Positions 32,627 through 45,598 are shown, counted from the stretch's first letter. The stretch is 64,000 bases of DNA from an uncultured Nitrososphaerota archaeon (GCA_963824385.1 CAWGPD010000004.1:192001-256000); one strand, 5' to 3'. Numbers and translations are program-made. Notes: generated by a model from the letters alone, not told the origin.

Positions 32627-33739
32627 ATGCGTCTACTAGAGTACCAGGCAAAGTCTTTGTTTGCAGACTATGGAATTCCAATTCCAAAGGGACTTACGTC
32701 TATAGATATTGAGCAGGGTAGAAAGGATGCATCAGTATTAGGATTTCCATTTGTAATTAAAGCCCAGATGGCAGTAGGAGGAAGAGGAAAAGCAGGGGCA
32801 ATTCAGAAATGCCAAAATGCAGACGAATTTGAATTAAAATATCCAGACATCATGCAGAAGGTGGTAAAGGGAGAAAAGACCAAAGCAATTTTACTTGAAA
32901 AAATGGCAGATATCAAAAAAGAACTTTACCTTTCATTGTTTTTGAATCGTGGCAAGAGATGCTACACAATAATTGCATCTGCAGATGGAGGTGTTGAAAT
33001 AGAGTCTGTTAAAAATCAGATAATACATGAAGTCGGATTAGGAAACGTAGATGCAAAGACTGCAGAAGAAGTAGGAAAACAAATGGGATTAAAAGACAAG
33101 ACCTTGACTCAATTTATTGATATTTTACAAAAATTAGCAAAAATCACAGTAGAAAAAGAAGCAGAGGTTGCAGAGATTAATCCTCTTGCAATACTAGGTG
33201 ATGATTCTGTAGTGGCGTTAGATGGCAAAGTCATCATAGATGACAATGCAATGTTTAGACATGATGAATTACGCAAGTTTCAAGAAGTCTCAGAACTTGA
33301 AGAAAGAGCAGAAAAAAGCGGTTTTTCACTCGTGGAATTGGATGGAAATATTGCTGTAGTTGGAAACGGAGCAGGACTAGTAATGTCTACTTTAGACATG
33401 CTGTCAGATAACGGAGGAAAACCTGCTTGCTTTTTAGATGTAGGTGGGGGCGCAACCACTGAGACAGTATACGAGGCTCTTACCTTGATTAGTAAAATGA
33501 AAAAGGTAAAAGGAATTCTTGTAAATCTATACGGTGGAATTGTAAAGACCACAACAGTTGCAACGGCATTTATCAAAGCATATGAAGATAAAATAATCGA
33601 TCTTCCAGTATTTGCAAGAATGTCAGGTGCAGAGGCAGACAAGTCAAAAGAAATGCTCAAAGGTTCAAGAACAAAGATGTTTGATACAATTGAAGAAGCA
33701 ATAAATGCAGCAGTAATTGAGATGAATAAAAATGGTTGA
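32627..33739 (+). CDS. sucC: succinyl-CoA synthetase beta subunit
   Basis: LLEYQAK, KAQMAVGGRGKAG, EINPL, GNGAGLVMSTLD, FLDVGGG. Confidence 0.95.
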   Translation: MRLLEYQAKSLFADYGIPIPKGLTSIDIEQGRKDASVLGFPFVIKAQMAVGGRGKAGAIQKCQNADEFELKYPDIMQKVVKGEKTKAILLEKMADIKKELYLSLFLNRGKRCYTIIASADGGVEIESVKNQIIHEVGLGNVDAKTAEEVGKQMGLKDKTLTQFIDILQKLAKITVEKEAEVAEINPLAILGDDSVVALDGKVIIDDNAMFRHDELRKFQEVSELEERAEKSGFSLVELDGNIAVVGNGAGLVMSTLDMLSDNGGKPACFLDVGGGATTETVYEALTLISKMKKVKGILVNLYGGIVKTTTVATAFIKAYEDKIIDLPVFARMSGAEADKSKEMLKGSRTKMFDTIEEAINAAVIEMNKNG

Positions 33740-34653
33740 TCTTTTTGAAATATTAATTGGAAAAGAAGGCGGACAAGGATTACCAGAAAAAACCTGTGGT
33801 AGTACAAGGAATCACTGGTAAGTTTGGCGCGTTTCACACACAACAGATGTTAGCATATGGTACAAACATTGTTGCAGGAGTAACTCCTGGCAAGGGCGGC
33901 CAAAAATTAGAGGGTGTTCCAATTTATGAAACAATGAATGAAGCCGTTGGTGCAACCGGTGCCAAAATTTCAATAATATTTGTACCAGCAAAATTCTTTC
34001 TTTCTGCAGCAAAAGATGCATTGGAGGCAGGAATCAAATTATTAATTGCAATACCAGAACACGTTCCTGTTAAAGACGCACTAGCAATTGTAGAACTGGC
34101 AAAGAAAAAAGATGCCATAGTAATTGGCCCAAACACACCAGGAATAATCATTCCAGGCATAATGAAAATAGGAATCATGCCTGCATCTCCTTTCAAACCA
34201 GGTAGAATTGCAGTCATATCAAGAAGTGGTACTTTGATGTATGAATCATCACATAATCTTTCAGTTGCAAATTTTGGCCAAAGCATATGCTTGGGAATTG
34301 GAGGAGACCCAATCAACGGCACTCCGTTAATTGAGGCATTTGATACAATAAGAAACGGTGCAAACATAGACGGAGTAATTGTTGTCGGAGAAATTGGAGG
34401 TGATGCCGAAGAGATGCTTGCACAACATATCATTGATACTAAATTTGACAAACCAGTTGTTGCGTACATTGCAGGAAGAGCAGCACCAAAAGAGAAGAGA
34501 ATGGGTCATGCGGGTGCCATTGTATATGGAAATTATGGTTCTGCAGAATCCAAAGTATCAATGTATACCAAGGCAAACGTACCAGTTGCCAAAAGACCTG
34601 CTGAGATACCTATGCTTCTTGCAGGAAAGCTTGGAAAAGGTAGAATCAAATAG
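33732..34653 (+). CDS. sucD: succinyl-CoA synthetase alpha subunit; probable +1 frameshift near 33755
   Basis: VQGITG, GVTPGKGG, GPNTPG, SRSGTL, GEIGG, MGHAGA; ATG at 33732 overlaps the sucC stop. Confidence 0.95.
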
Positions 34654-34675
34654 CAGGAAAATGGAGAAATAGAAA

Positions 34676-34843
34676 ATGCCTATCACCGATCCACTAAAAA
34701 AATCAATAGCCCAAAAGGCTAGACTTCACTTTAAAGTCTGTTTTTCATGTGGTGCAAAAAACCCAATTAGTGCATCAAGATGTAGAAAGTGCCATAACGT
34801 ATACCTCAGACTAAAGAACAGAACACTTGGAATTAAGAAGTAG
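34676..34843 (+). CDS. rpl40e: 50S ribosomal protein L40e
   Basis: MPITDPLKKSIAQKARLHFKVCFSCGAKNPISASRCRKCHNVYLRLKNRTLGIKK; absent from the ORF track (55 aa). Confidence 0.92.
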   Translation: MPITDPLKKSIAQKARLHFKVCFSCGAKNPISASRCRKCHNVYLRLKNRTLGIKK

Positions 34844-35140
34844 TTAACAATCTCCGCCACATCCACAACTATCATGAGCCATTTTTAATGGATTTTTAGC
34901 ATCAAATTTTGCTTTTTGATAATGGGCTACATTTAGTATACGTTGAGCAATGACAGGATCAATTTTTTTTCCATCATCAAGCCAATTTTCTATCTCATCT
35001 ATTTTGTAAGTATCACCACTTGATAGAATTTTTTTTAATGTATCCTGAATCAAATCATCCTGATCACTTCCAATAATTTTAGTACAATCAATAGATTTGA
35101 GATGGTTTAGTAAAACAAGTGATCTTTCTGAGAGGGGCAC
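34844..35140 (-). CDS. hypothetical protein with Cys/His-rich C-terminal tail
   Basis: 98-aa ORF ending HDSCGCGGDC. Confidence 0.7.
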   Translation of the reverse strand: MPLSERSLVLLNHLKSIDCTKIIGSDQDDLIQDTLKKILSSGDTYKIDEIENWLDDGKKIDPVIAQRILNVAHYQKAKFDAKNPLKMAHDSCGCGGDC

Positions 35141-35223
35141 AAATCATTTAATGTACAGTCAGTATAATAATTTTCTAAGATCTCTTGATATATGGGGAAC
35201 TGTAAGATTTTTTTGAAAATAAT

Positions 35224-35886
35224 TTGTTTATTATTAACTTTAAAAACTATGATGAAATTGCAGGTTCAAAATCATTGCGTTTGGCAAAGAGTGCTTCAAA
35301 GATTGCAAAAAAGTACAACCTAAGAATTCCAGTATGTCCTCCCCAGCATCTCATGTCAGAAGTTACCAGAGTTTCCGCAGACGTATTTGCTCAACATCTT
35401 GATAATTCAAAAGCAGGTAGTACAACTGGGTTTGTCATTCCTGAGATTGTAAAAAAATCAAGAATTGCAGGTTCCCTCATAAATCATAGCGAACACCGCA
35501 TACTATCAAATGAAATTGAAGATTTGGTCATAAGACTCAGAGAATTGAAAATGACGTCGGTTGTTTGTGTCCAAGATGTAAATGAAGCATGGATGTATGC
35601 CAAACTAAACCCAGATTTTATTGCAATAGAGCCACCAGAACTAATAGGCAGTGGAAAGGCAGTTTCTAAAGAAAGGCCTGAAATCATACAAGAATCAGTC
35701 CAGGCAGTAAAGAAAGCAAATAATTCAACCCAGTTATTATGCGGAGCAGGAATTGTTTCAGGCGAAGACGTATCACGAGCACTAGATCTTGGCGCAACAG
35801 GTATACTTGTTGCAAGCGGCATAGTAAAGGCCAAGAATTGGGAAAAGGCAATAGAAGAATTTGCGCTAGCTTTTACCAGAAAATAA
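35224..35886 (+). CDS. tpiA: triosephosphate isomerase (archaeal type)
   Basis: INFKNY, INHSEHR, AIEPPELIGSG, CGAGI, GILVASG. Confidence 0.95.
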   Translation: MFIINFKNYDEIAGSKSLRLAKSASKIAKKYNLRIPVCPPQHLMSEVTRVSADVFAQHLDNSKAGSTTGFVIPEIVKKSRIAGSLINHSEHRILSNEIEDLVIRLRELKMTSVVCVQDVNEAWMYAKLNPDFIAIEPPELIGSGKAVSKERPEIIQESVQAVKKANNSTQLLCGAGIVSGEDVSRALDLGATGILVASGIVKAKNWEKAIEEFALAFTRK

Positions 35887-35930
35887 TTTGTTTTGTCATA
35901 GATGATATATCGTAGTAGTAATTGCAATAC

Positions 35931-36324
35931 ATGGTCTTAGAAAATGACATACTTGAAGAGCTGAAAGAAGATCAGAGAGGCAGTTACATCCAAAGTCGCA
36001 CCTCCAGCACCTGAGCCCAAAGGTCTCATTGCAGAATTTAAAGACTTTATTGGCAAAGCTGGAGTAATGGGTTTAGCAATAGGCTTCATCATGGGCACAG
36101 TAATTGGAAGAGTAGTTACAGCTTTAGTACAGGATCTCATCATGCCAATCCCTGGCGCATTCATAGCGGGCGGAGATTGGCGAAAAGCTATCATCACCAT
36201 ACCAATAGGAAATGGAATGAATTTTGGAATAGGAGATTTTGTAGGCGTCATCATAGATTTCTTCATCATTTCCATGGTAATCTTCATAATAGCAAAATTA
36301 GGACGAAAGGCGGGCTTGAAATAG
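35931..36324 (+). CDS. mscL: large-conductance mechanosensitive channel; frameshift near 35964
   Basis: GLIAEFKDFI...VMGLAIGFIMG...VTALVQDLIMP...GDFVGVIIDFFII. Confidence 0.85.
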
Positions 36325-36407
36325 CCCCGATATACTTTTTCTCATTCCATACCACATTGACGAATTAAAGAACACTGAAATATTGAATCAGACATTTCAT
36401 TCGCATA

Positions 36408-36962
36408 ATGCTTCCAAGACTGGAATCAATAAAACAAGCTAGAATGAAGATTGGGCTGACTCAGCAAAAACTTGCGTCACTAACAGGAGTTAGTACATCA
36501 ATGATAAATCAAATCGAGTCAGGAAGATGTCAGCCAAGTTATTCCACTGCAAGAAAAATATTTGAAGTGTTGTGGTCACTTGATAGTCAATCATCAACAA
36601 AGGCAGGAGACATTTGTAGTAAAGAAATCGCTAAACTCAAAGCTAATGATTCATTGCAGGATGCAATAAAAAAAATGCAGGAATTATCAATTAGTCAGAT
36701 ACCAATCTTTGATGGTACTGAGGTAGTAGGTGTGATTACAGAAGATGGCATAGTAAAACATATTTTAGATAGTGATGAGACTCAACGAAGAAAGATCAAA
36801 CTAGCTGAAATAATGGATCCCAGACCTCCGATTGTAGATTATAACACTCCAGTCAAGACATTAGTATCATTAATTAGATATTCAAAATGCGTTCTAGTCT
36901 CAAAGCAAAGCAGGATTGTCGGGATAATTACCGCCTCAGACACTCTAAAACTAGTAGACTAG
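36408..36962 (+). CDS. XRE-HTH plus CBS-pair transcriptional regulator
   Basis: GLTQQKLASLTGVSTSMINQIESGR HTH followed by two CBS domains. Confidence 0.88.
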   Translation: MLPRLESIKQARMKIGLTQQKLASLTGVSTSMINQIESGRCQPSYSTARKIFEVLWSLDSQSSTKAGDICSKEIAKLKANDSLQDAIKKMQELSISQIPIFDGTEVVGVITEDGIVKHILDSDETQRRKIKLAEIMDPRPPIVDYNTPVKTLVSLIRYSKCVLVSKQSRIVGIITASDTLKLVD

Positions 36963-36966
36963 ATTT

Positions 36967-37362
36967 CTATTTCGGATGAGAGCAAAGTTCTGCTAAAACC
37001 CCATGTAATGATTTTGGATGAATGAATGTTATTTTAGTCCCTCTTGATCCTGGTCTTACATCTCCCAAAAATTTTATTCCACATTCTTTCATTCGGTTTA
37101 CTTCGCCATCAATGCCATCAGTTTCTAACGCAATGTGATGTAATCCCTCACCTTTGGTTGCAAGGAATTTTTTAATTGGACTTGTGTCCTTGGTTGCCTC
37201 CATCAATTCAATTCTAGAATTATCAAGGTGAAGAATTGCAACTCTAACTCCTTCTGTTTCTACTGTCTCAAATTCTACTTCATGAACCCCAAGTGCTGCC
37301 TGATATTCTTTTACAGCGTCATCTAGATTGTTTACTGCTATAGCAACATGATCTATTCTCAT
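36967..37362 (-). CDS. mce: methylmalonyl-CoA epimerase
   Basis: IDHVAIAV, IELME, GEGLHHIAL, FIHPKSLHGVLAEL. Confidence 0.93.
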   Translation of the reverse strand: MRIDHVAIAVNNLDDAVKEYQAALGVHEVEFETVETEGVRVAILHLDNSRIELMEATKDTSPIKKFLATKGEGLHHIALETDGIDGEVNRMKECGIKFLGDVRPGSRGTKITFIHPKSLHGVLAELCSHPK

Positions 37363-37363
37363 T

Positions 37364-38938
37364 TTAAAATGTCTCCTTTGGTTGATAAATTCCAAAGACT
37401 TCTCTGAATGTGTTACTAATCTCTCCCAAAGTAGCATAACTTTTTACCGCGTCCAAGATGTATGGCATAAGATTTTCATCCTTGTCAGCAGCATTCTTCA
37501 TTTTTCCAAGTGCAGATTCAACTTTGGCATTATCACGCGTACTACGTAATTCTTTTAGATGTTGCATTTGTTGTGTTTGAATACTATCATCAATCTTCAT
37601 AATGTCTGGTTTTTCTTTTGTCGAGTCTGTGAATTTATTGACACCAACTATGATTCGCTCTTCTCCATCAATCTCCTTCTTAAGACGGTAAGCGTTTTGT
37701 CTAATCTCAGATTGGAAGAATCCACGTTCAATTCCAACAAGAGAGCCTCCCATTCGATCAATTTTCTTGAGATACTTGTTTGCCTCGGCTTCTATAGTAT
37801 CGGTCAGATGTTCCACATAATACGAACCTGCAAGTGGGTCCACAGTTTTTGTAATTCCACTCTCATGTCCTACTATCTGCTGGGTTCTTAGGGCAATCTT
37901 TACTGCCGCTTCAGTTGGCAAAGCCAACGCTTCATCTTTTGAGTTAGTGTGAAGTGATTGACAACCTCCAAGTACGGCAGCCATGGATTGTATTGCAACA
38001 CGAACAATGTTATTGTCTGGCTGTTGTGCAGTAAGAGATTCTCCACTTGTCTGAACATGGAATTTTAGCTGAATAGATCTTTTGTCTTTTGCGTGGAATC
38101 TGTCTTTTAGTATCTTGGCGTAAATTCTTCGCGCAGCTCTGAATTTTGCAATCTCTTCCAAGAACTCACTAGTACAGCAAAAGAAGAAAGATAATCGTGG
38201 TGCAAATGTATCAATTTTTAGTCCGCGGTCAACACATGTCTCGATGTATTCTATTGCATTTGCTAGTGTAAATGCTACTTCTTGTACTGCATTACATCCT
38301 GCTTCACGCATGTGATATCCAGATATGGATATTGGATACCATTGCGGAACTTTCTTTGAACAATATTCAATCATATCTCCAATCAATCTCATCGATGGAC
38401 GCGGGGGATAGATGTAGGTGTTTCTTGCAATGTATTCTTTCAGTATATCATTTTGAGTTGTCCCTCTGAGCTGCTTACTATCCACTCCTTGAGATTCACC
38501 TGTTGCAATGTATAATGCAAGCAAAGTTGAAGCTGTTGAATTTATTGTCATGGAAGTACTGACCTTGTCAAGTGGAATTCCGTTAAAGCATTTCATCATG
38601 TCTTTAAGCGATGTAATGGATACCCCCACTTTACCTACTTCTCCTTCTGCATGAGAGTCATCAGAATCATAGCCTATCTGAGTTGGCAAGTCAAATGCCA
38701 TCGAAAGTCCTGTTTGACCTCTTTCAAGTAGGTACTTGAATCGTTGATTTGTCTGTTCAGCAGTTCCAAAACCAGTGTATTGTCGCATTGTCCAGAGTCT
38801 ATCTCTGTACATTCCAGGATGAATTCCTCGCGTATACGGATGTTTTCCGGGCTCTTCGGTCTTACTTTTTGCTTTGACCTTAGAATCATAGAATCGTTTT
38901 ACAGAAATATTAGAATCAGTCTTGATTATTTTTACCAT
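37364..38938 (-). CDS. methylmalonyl-CoA mutase large (N-terminal) subunit
   Basis: [54 protein letters not shown]. Confidence 0.95.
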   Translation of the reverse strand: MVKIIKTDSNISVKRFYDSKVKAKSKTEEPGKHPYTRGIHPGMYRDRLWTMRQYTGFGTAEQTNQRFKYLLERGQTGLSMAFDLPTQIGYDSDDSHAEGEVGKVGVSITSLKDMMKCFNGIPLDKVSTSMTINSTASTLLALYIATGESQGVDSKQLRGTTQNDILKEYIARNTYIYPPRPSMRLIGDMIEYCSKKVPQWYPISISGYHMREAGCNAVQEVAFTLANAIEYIETCVDRGLKIDTFAPRLSFFFCCTSEFLEEIAKFRAARRIYAKILKDRFHAKDKRSIQLKFHVQTSGESLTAQQPDNNIVRVAIQSMAAVLGGCQSLHTNSKDEALALPTEAAVKIALRTQQIVGHESGITKTVDPLAGSYYVEHLTDTIEAEANKYLKKIDRMGGSLVGIERGFFQSEIRQNAYRLKKEIDGEERIIVGVNKFTDSTKEKPDIMKIDDSIQTQQMQHLKELRSTRDNAKVESALGKMKNAADKDENLMPYILDAVKSYATLGEISNTFREVFGIYQPKETF

Positions 38939-38939
38939 A

Positions 38940-39855
38940 TCATACCAATCCCTTTGATATTTTTTCTGCAGCTTCAAACGGATCGATTTTCTTTGATTGT
39001 ACTTTCTTAAGATAAGCTGCGTACGATTTACTTGAATCAAGCATCGTATTGACTTTATTTTTAACATTACTTAAAACCATATCTCTTAGTTCAGAGTCCA
39101 ATCTTGACTCTTCTTCTATGGGTTTTGTCTTTTGTCTTGCCTTCATCAATTCTTCCAATTTCTTTGCAAAATCCACAACTCCCTTGTTAGATTTTGCCGA
39201 AGTTAGCATAACAACTGGATTCTTTTCAGACATCCCGATAAAGTCTCTAACAGAATCAAAAAGTTGGTTTGAACCTGGCAAATCACTTTTATTTATTAGA
39301 TACACATCGCCAATTTCGGTAAGTCCTGCTTTTATTGTCTGTATGTTATCACCAGTGTTTGGATTAAAAACTACAACTGTAATATCTACAACTTTTTCTA
39401 TATCCACTTCAGTCTGTCCCGCTCCAACACTTTCTATTAGTATCGGATTAAATCCTGCATATTCCAAAATTCTAATACTGTTTCGTACAGATAATGAGAT
39501 TGCCCCAGTCGCCCCCCTTGAAGCCATACTTCGAATATATGTACCAGAGTCAGTGGATTCAGTCATTCTCACTCTATCACCAAGTATTGCACCACCAGTG
39601 ATATGACTAGTGGGATCTATGGCAAGAACTGCCGTCTTGTAACCAAGTTTGTTTAATTCAAGACTTGTTCTATTTATCAGAGTGCTTTTTCCAGCTCCCG
39701 CAGGTCCTGTAATTCCAATTTTCATGGATTTCCCAGAGACTTTTGAATATCTTTTTTATGATAGACCTGGCCTCTTTTTCGTTGTTTTCCACAATAGAAA
39801 TAGCACGTGCAATTGCCCGTCGATTTCCTTTTTTAAGTTCTGATACAATATCCAT
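38940..39855 (-). CDS. meaB: methylmalonyl-CoA mutase-associated GTPase; frameshift near 39739
   Basis: [46 protein letters not shown]. Confidence 0.92.
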
Positions 39856-39972
39856 AGAAATGTCACACAGTGGAACCACAATAAATCTTGTTGTTGCCAG
39901 TGATTGAAAATGTCAAAAAATAGTCTGTTTTTAAATAAAGCTTTTAAAAGCTAAAAATATAATTGAAGATGC

Positions 39973-40389
39973 ATGTCACAAAAGACTCAAACAAAGAGAA
40001 TTAGAATTTTAGTTTCAAAGTTAGGTCTTGATGGTCATGATAGAGGAGCTCTTGTCTTATGCAGAGCATTTAGAGATGCAGGAATGGAAGTAATTTATTC
40101 TGGATTATTTGCAACCCCTGAAAGAATTGCTCAAATAGTAGAAGATGAGGATATCGACGTTGTAGCACTTAGTCTTCTAAATGGAGCTCATCTTACACTC
40201 TTTCCAAGAGTGGCCAAAGCAATCAAGGACAGGGGAATCAAGGATGTTCTAGTAATAGGCGGAGGAGTCATTCCCGAGGATGACAAGCCGCAACTTGAAA
40301 AAGGTGGAGTATTAGGAAATTTCGGTCCAGGAACTCCACTTTTGGCAATTATTGATTTTATTCAGACAAATTTATCAAAGAAAAAATAA
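39973..40389 (+). CDS. methylmalonyl-CoA mutase cobalamin-binding subunit
   Basis: KLGLDGHDRGA B12-binding motif, SLLNGAH, GGGVIP. Confidence 0.93.
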   Translation: MSQKTQTKRIRILVSKLGLDGHDRGALVLCRAFRDAGMEVIYSGLFATPERIAQIVEDEDIDVVALSLLNGAHLTLFPRVAKAIKDRGIKDVLVIGGGVIPEDDKPQLEKGGVLGNFGPGTPLLAIIDFIQTNLSKKK

Positions 40390-40391
40390 TT

Positions 40392-41392
<1,001 letters not shown>

Positions 41393-41685
41393 GCGGACAC
41401 TTGAAATCAAGGAAATAAAAACTTACGATTATTCTAAAAACAGCACAGATTCGGGGGTCACCTATTGAACAAAATTCATACTGATTGTTATAGTATTATC
41501 TCTTTTCCACAGTTTACGCATTTTACGATTGTATCATTGGCTGAAATTCAATCAAACTTCTTTGAACCACAATTAGGACATATTGGACATGCTCTAATTT
41601 TTTCCACAACAGAATATCTTCAGACCCAAAGATATCATTTGTGCTCTTTAAAACCAATAGAAAAAAATACCTTCAAAGAAATCAC

Positions 41686-42561
41686 ATGGTAATGAATGTT
41701 GGAATAATAGGTACTGGCCTTCTTGGGAGTTCCATAGCAAAACGTTTGGCCTCAGCAGGTCACAAAATTTCAGTGTATAACAGAACAAGACAAAAAGCAG
41801 AATCTCTAAAAAATTTTGGAATTCAAGTTGTAGATTCACCAAAGGAACTTGCAAGCAAATGCGAACTTGTCATAACAATACTAAAAGATGCCACAGTTAT
41901 TGAACAAATGTCTTTTGGAGATAATGGCATAGTTCATGGAAAACATGACGGATTAATCGTTGCAGATATGAGTACTATTAGTCCAATTTTATCACGAATC
42001 ATTGCTAAAAAATTTTCAGATGAAGGAATTTCAATGATTGATACTCCTGTGATGGGAGGGCCAAGTTTAGCTGAAAAAGGTCAGATGGTAGTAATGGTAG
42101 GCGGTAAAAAAGAAATTTATGAAAAATGTAAAACGGTTTTTGATTCAATTGGAGAGAGAACATTTCTTTTGGGAGAAAACGGTTCCGGACATGCTATGAA
42201 GCTTGCAATGAACTCACAGATTGCGATTCTTGCTCTTTCGTTATCAGAAGGAATTATACTTGCAAAAAAATCAGGGCTTGACCCAATGACATTTCTTGAA
42301 GTCCTAAATTCTACATATTTTAAGACAGGAATGAGTGTCAACAAGGGACCCAAGATGGTAAAGGGAAATTTTGAGCCTAGTTTCTTTCTTAAGATGATGC
42401 AGAAAGATCTTGATGAAATTGACTACACCGCAAAAAAAGTTGGAGCAAATATGCCAATGTCTAAACTTGCAAATGAAATTTATCAAAAAGCAATTATCGA
42501 AGGATTTGGAGACATGGATTACACAGGAATTCTATCTTATCTTGAAAAATCAAATAGATAA
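41686..42561 (+). CDS. NAD(P)-dependent beta-hydroxyacid dehydrogenase (3-hydroxyisobutyrate dehydrogenase family)
   Basis: GIIGTGLLG, DMSTISP, DTPVMGG, GSGHAMKLAMN, MMQKDL. Confidence 0.9.
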   Translation: MVMNVGIIGTGLLGSSIAKRLASAGHKISVYNRTRQKAESLKNFGIQVVDSPKELASKCELVITILKDATVIEQMSFGDNGIVHGKHDGLIVADMSTISPILSRIIAKKFSDEGISMIDTPVMGGPSLAEKGQMVVMVGGKKEIYEKCKTVFDSIGERTFLLGENGSGHAMKLAMNSQIAILALSLSEGIILAKKSGLDPMTFLEVLNSTYFKTGMSVNKGPKMVKGNFEPSFFLKMMQKDLDEIDYTAKKVGANMPMSKLANEIYQKAIIEGFGDMDYTGILSYLEKSNR

Positions 42562-42678
42562 AATCATAATTGTTCATGAGGGCGTATCTTCCTGAAACTG
42601 AAAAACCGCCCCACATAATAGACAATTTTCAAGACATCCGTGAGAGAGCATCGTCTCACAAAATCTATTCAAAACTCA

Positions 42679-44326
42679 TTATTTTCCTAGTCTTGCTTTG
42701 TGTAATTCAATATCAGATGTTTCCACCTTTTTGAATAGGGGGGAAGCAGCGCCTATTTTGTGACCTCCTTTTATTTCGATTTTTGCAATAGAATTCCAGG
42801 ATTGCTGTGAAACATTACCACTCATACCAAGTTGTTCCCATATTCTTTGTGAGGATTCAGGTAAAAATGGACATAGTGAAATTGCCAAGCTCCTAACAGC
42901 ATTTACAGAGAGGAAGACACAGTTGTTTGAACCATCGCCACCTTTCCATGGTTCTTTTTTCTGAAAATATTGGTTAAAGTGAGCCGAGAATTCTATAATT
43001 TTTTTCAGTGCTTTATCAAGACTATTATCTTCCATCAATCCAGTAAGTTCACTTGAAAAATTATTTATTTTATCTTGAGCCTCTTTGTCACTTGCATCAA
43101 ATTCATTTGTATTTGGTACAACTCCTGATAGCGTTTTTTGTGTAAAGCCAAGTGCGCGGTTTACAAAATTTCCTACATTTCCAATCAATTCAGAATTAAT
43201 CCTTGATGCAAATTCCTCCCAATCAAAATTAAGATCATCTTGGCTATAGGGGGTAATTAGTGCAAGATAAAATCTAAGATAATCTGCAGGATAAATCTCC
43301 ATAAAGTCTTTAAGACCAATATACCAATTTCGGCTCTTTGAGATTTTTTTAGATTGTAGCATCAAGTGACCCCGAGTTGGAATATAATCAGGTAGCTCTG
43401 AACTCTTTTTGTATTCCAATCCTCATTGCAGGCAAAAAAAGATAGTGATGATATACGATATCTTTTCCAATAAAATGATAGATATCAGCAGAGTTCCAAA
43501 AGTCTTTTCCGTTAACACCTTTATCATTTAGAAATTTCATGGCAGTTGAAATGTAAGCAAGATGATTATCAAACCAACCATAGAGCACTTGCCCTTTTGC
43601 ACCTTCAAGAGGAATTGGAACTCCCCAATTCATGTCTCTTGTAATATCCCAGTCTACAAGACCCTCTTTTATCCAGTTTTGTACGTATTTTTTAACATCC
43701 TTTTGTAGATGAGAGTCTGCCTCCAACCATTGATTTAGTTCATTAACAAAGTTGGTTAGTTTGAAGAAATAGTGTCTTGTCTTTTCTTTTGTGGGAGGAT
43801 TCTTACATATGGAACATTTTGGATCTTCAATCTCCTCTGGGACTCTCCCACATTTTTCACATAAATCCGAATACTGGTCCTCTGCTTTACAATATGGGCA
43901 TCTTCCTAGGACATATCTATCAGGCAAGAATTTTTTATCAACAGTGCAATAGAACTGGATTATCTCTTTTTCATAAATATGTCCATTTGCATACAATTTT
44001 TTAAAAACTTCTTGAACAAATGCTACATTTTCTGGAGAACTTGTCCTATAAAAAAAATCAAATCCTATTCCAAAAGCAGTAAAGTCTTCATAATCACGTT
44101 TGTTCCAGACCTTCACATATTCCTCTGGAGTCTTGTTCTCTCTTTCAGCTTGGATTAGAATTGGAGTTCCAAAGTCGTCTGACGCACAAAAATAATATGC
44201 CTCAACTCCACTTAGTTTTAGAAATCTAGTAGTTATATCAGCAGGCAAGTAGGTAGAAGCAACATGCCCAAGATGAATCTCACCGTTGGCATAAGGTAAA
44301 GCACTTGTAATAATTGCCCTTTTCAT
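42679..44326 (-). CDS. metG: methionine--tRNA ligase; frameshift near 43399
   Basis: ALPYANGEIHLGH, zinc knuckles, DWDITRD, FIGKDIVYHH, KISKS. Confidence 0.95.
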
Positions 44327-44356
44327 TATCAGAGTAAAGTTTGTGTATGATTTAAG

Positions 44357-45598
44357 TTATGCCCAACTTTGTCCGTATTTTATCTGAGCTGCAGTTGGCT
44401 TGTCCATGTCAACATTCATCGCTTTAAGTGCATCTACTGCAATTTGTTTGTCTATTTCTTCTGGAACTGTAATCACGTTCTTTCCTATTTTTTTGTGATT
44501 CTTTGCAATGTACATCATTGAAAGCAACTGATTTGAAAATGATTGAGCCATAACTTCTGGTGGATGTCCTTCTGCTGCAACAAGATTTGCAATTCGTCCC
44601 TTTCCAATAAGATAAACATGTTTGCCATTTTTAAGAACGCATTCATCAAGATGTGGCCTTACTTCTCGTACTGATTTTGATTCAGTTAGTAAGAATTTTG
44701 CATCCACTTCAACATCAAAGTGACCAACATTACCCATAATAGCACCATTTCTCATAGTCAAGATATGCTCTTTTCTTATTATTCCGGTTTGACCTGTAGC
44801 AGTTACAAAAATCTCGCCTATCTTTGCAGCATCAGCCATTGGTAAAACATCAAACCCATCCATATGAGCTTCTAATGCTCGTATCGGATCAACTTCAGTA
44901 ACACAAACTTTAGCACCCATTCCACGGCATCTTGATGCAACACCTCTTCCCACCCAGCCATAACCTGCCACAACTACACGTTTTCCTGCAAATAACAAAT
45001 TCATGGATCTGAGATAACCATCAATTGTACTCTGGCCTGTTCCATATCGATTATCAAACATATGTTTTGTATATGCATCGTTAACAGCAATTACAGGATA
45101 CTTGAGTTTCTTTTCTTTTGCAAGCGCCTTCAATCGTATAACACCAGTTGTTGTCTCTTCGGTTCCTCCCAAGACTTTCATTGATGCAAACTTTTTGTTT
45201 CCATGTATTTTACTATGACAGTCAGAACCATCATCGGTAATAATTTGTGGTTTATGATTTAGCATCTGTTCTATACACCAGTCATATTCTTCAGTCGTCT
45301 GACCTGTCCAGGCATAAATATGAATTCCATTTTCGGCTAAAAATGCAGCAATATCATCTTGTGTTGAAAGAGGATTTGCGGCACATGCACTTACATCTGC
45401 GCCCAACTCTTTTGCGCCCATAATCAAGACTGATGTTTCTTTTGTAATATGCAAGCATATGCCGATGCGTAATCCCTTTAATGGCTGAGATTTCTTTAGT
45501 CGTGAAATAGTATTAGTTAGAATTTGCATGTGATCCCTTGCCCATTCATATGACATCTTTCCTTTTTCTGAAAGACTAGGATCTTTTACTTGGCTCAT
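44357..45598 (-). CDS. ahcY: adenosylhomocysteinase
   Basis: NPLSTQDD, EETTTGV, FDNRYGTGQS, GYGWVGRG, EGHP. Confidence 0.97.
   Translation of the reverse strand: MSQVKDPSLSEKGKMSYEWARDHMQILTNTISRLKKSQPLKGLRIGICLHITKETSVLIMGAKELGADVSACAANPLSTQDDIAAFLAENGIHIYAWTGQTTEEYDWCIEQMLNHKPQIITDDGSDCHSKIHGNKKFASMKVLGGTEETTTGVIRLKALAKEKKLKYPVIAVNDAYTKHMFDNRYGTGQSTIDGYLRSMNLLFAGKRVVVAGYGWVGRGVASRCRGMGAKVCVTEVDPIRALEAHMDGFDVLPMADAAKIGEIFVTATGQTGIIRKEHILTMRNGAIMGNVGHFDVEVDAKFLLTESKSVREVRPHLDECVLKNGKHVYLIGKGRIANLVAAEGHPPEVMAQSFSNQLLSMMYIAKNHKKIGKNVITVPEEIDKQIAVDALKAMNVDMDKPTAAQIKYGQSWA

Noticed and set aside
36967..40389. Methylmalonyl-CoA mutase/epimerase cluster as a novel pathway
   Set aside because: Expected component of the 3-hydroxypropionate/4-hydroxybutyrate cycle in this lineage
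42570..42670. Possible small RNA (weak C/D-like boxes and a short GTGAGA/TCTCAC hairpin) between convergent genes
   Set aside because: Boxes are non-canonical and the stem is short; not supportable from sequence alone
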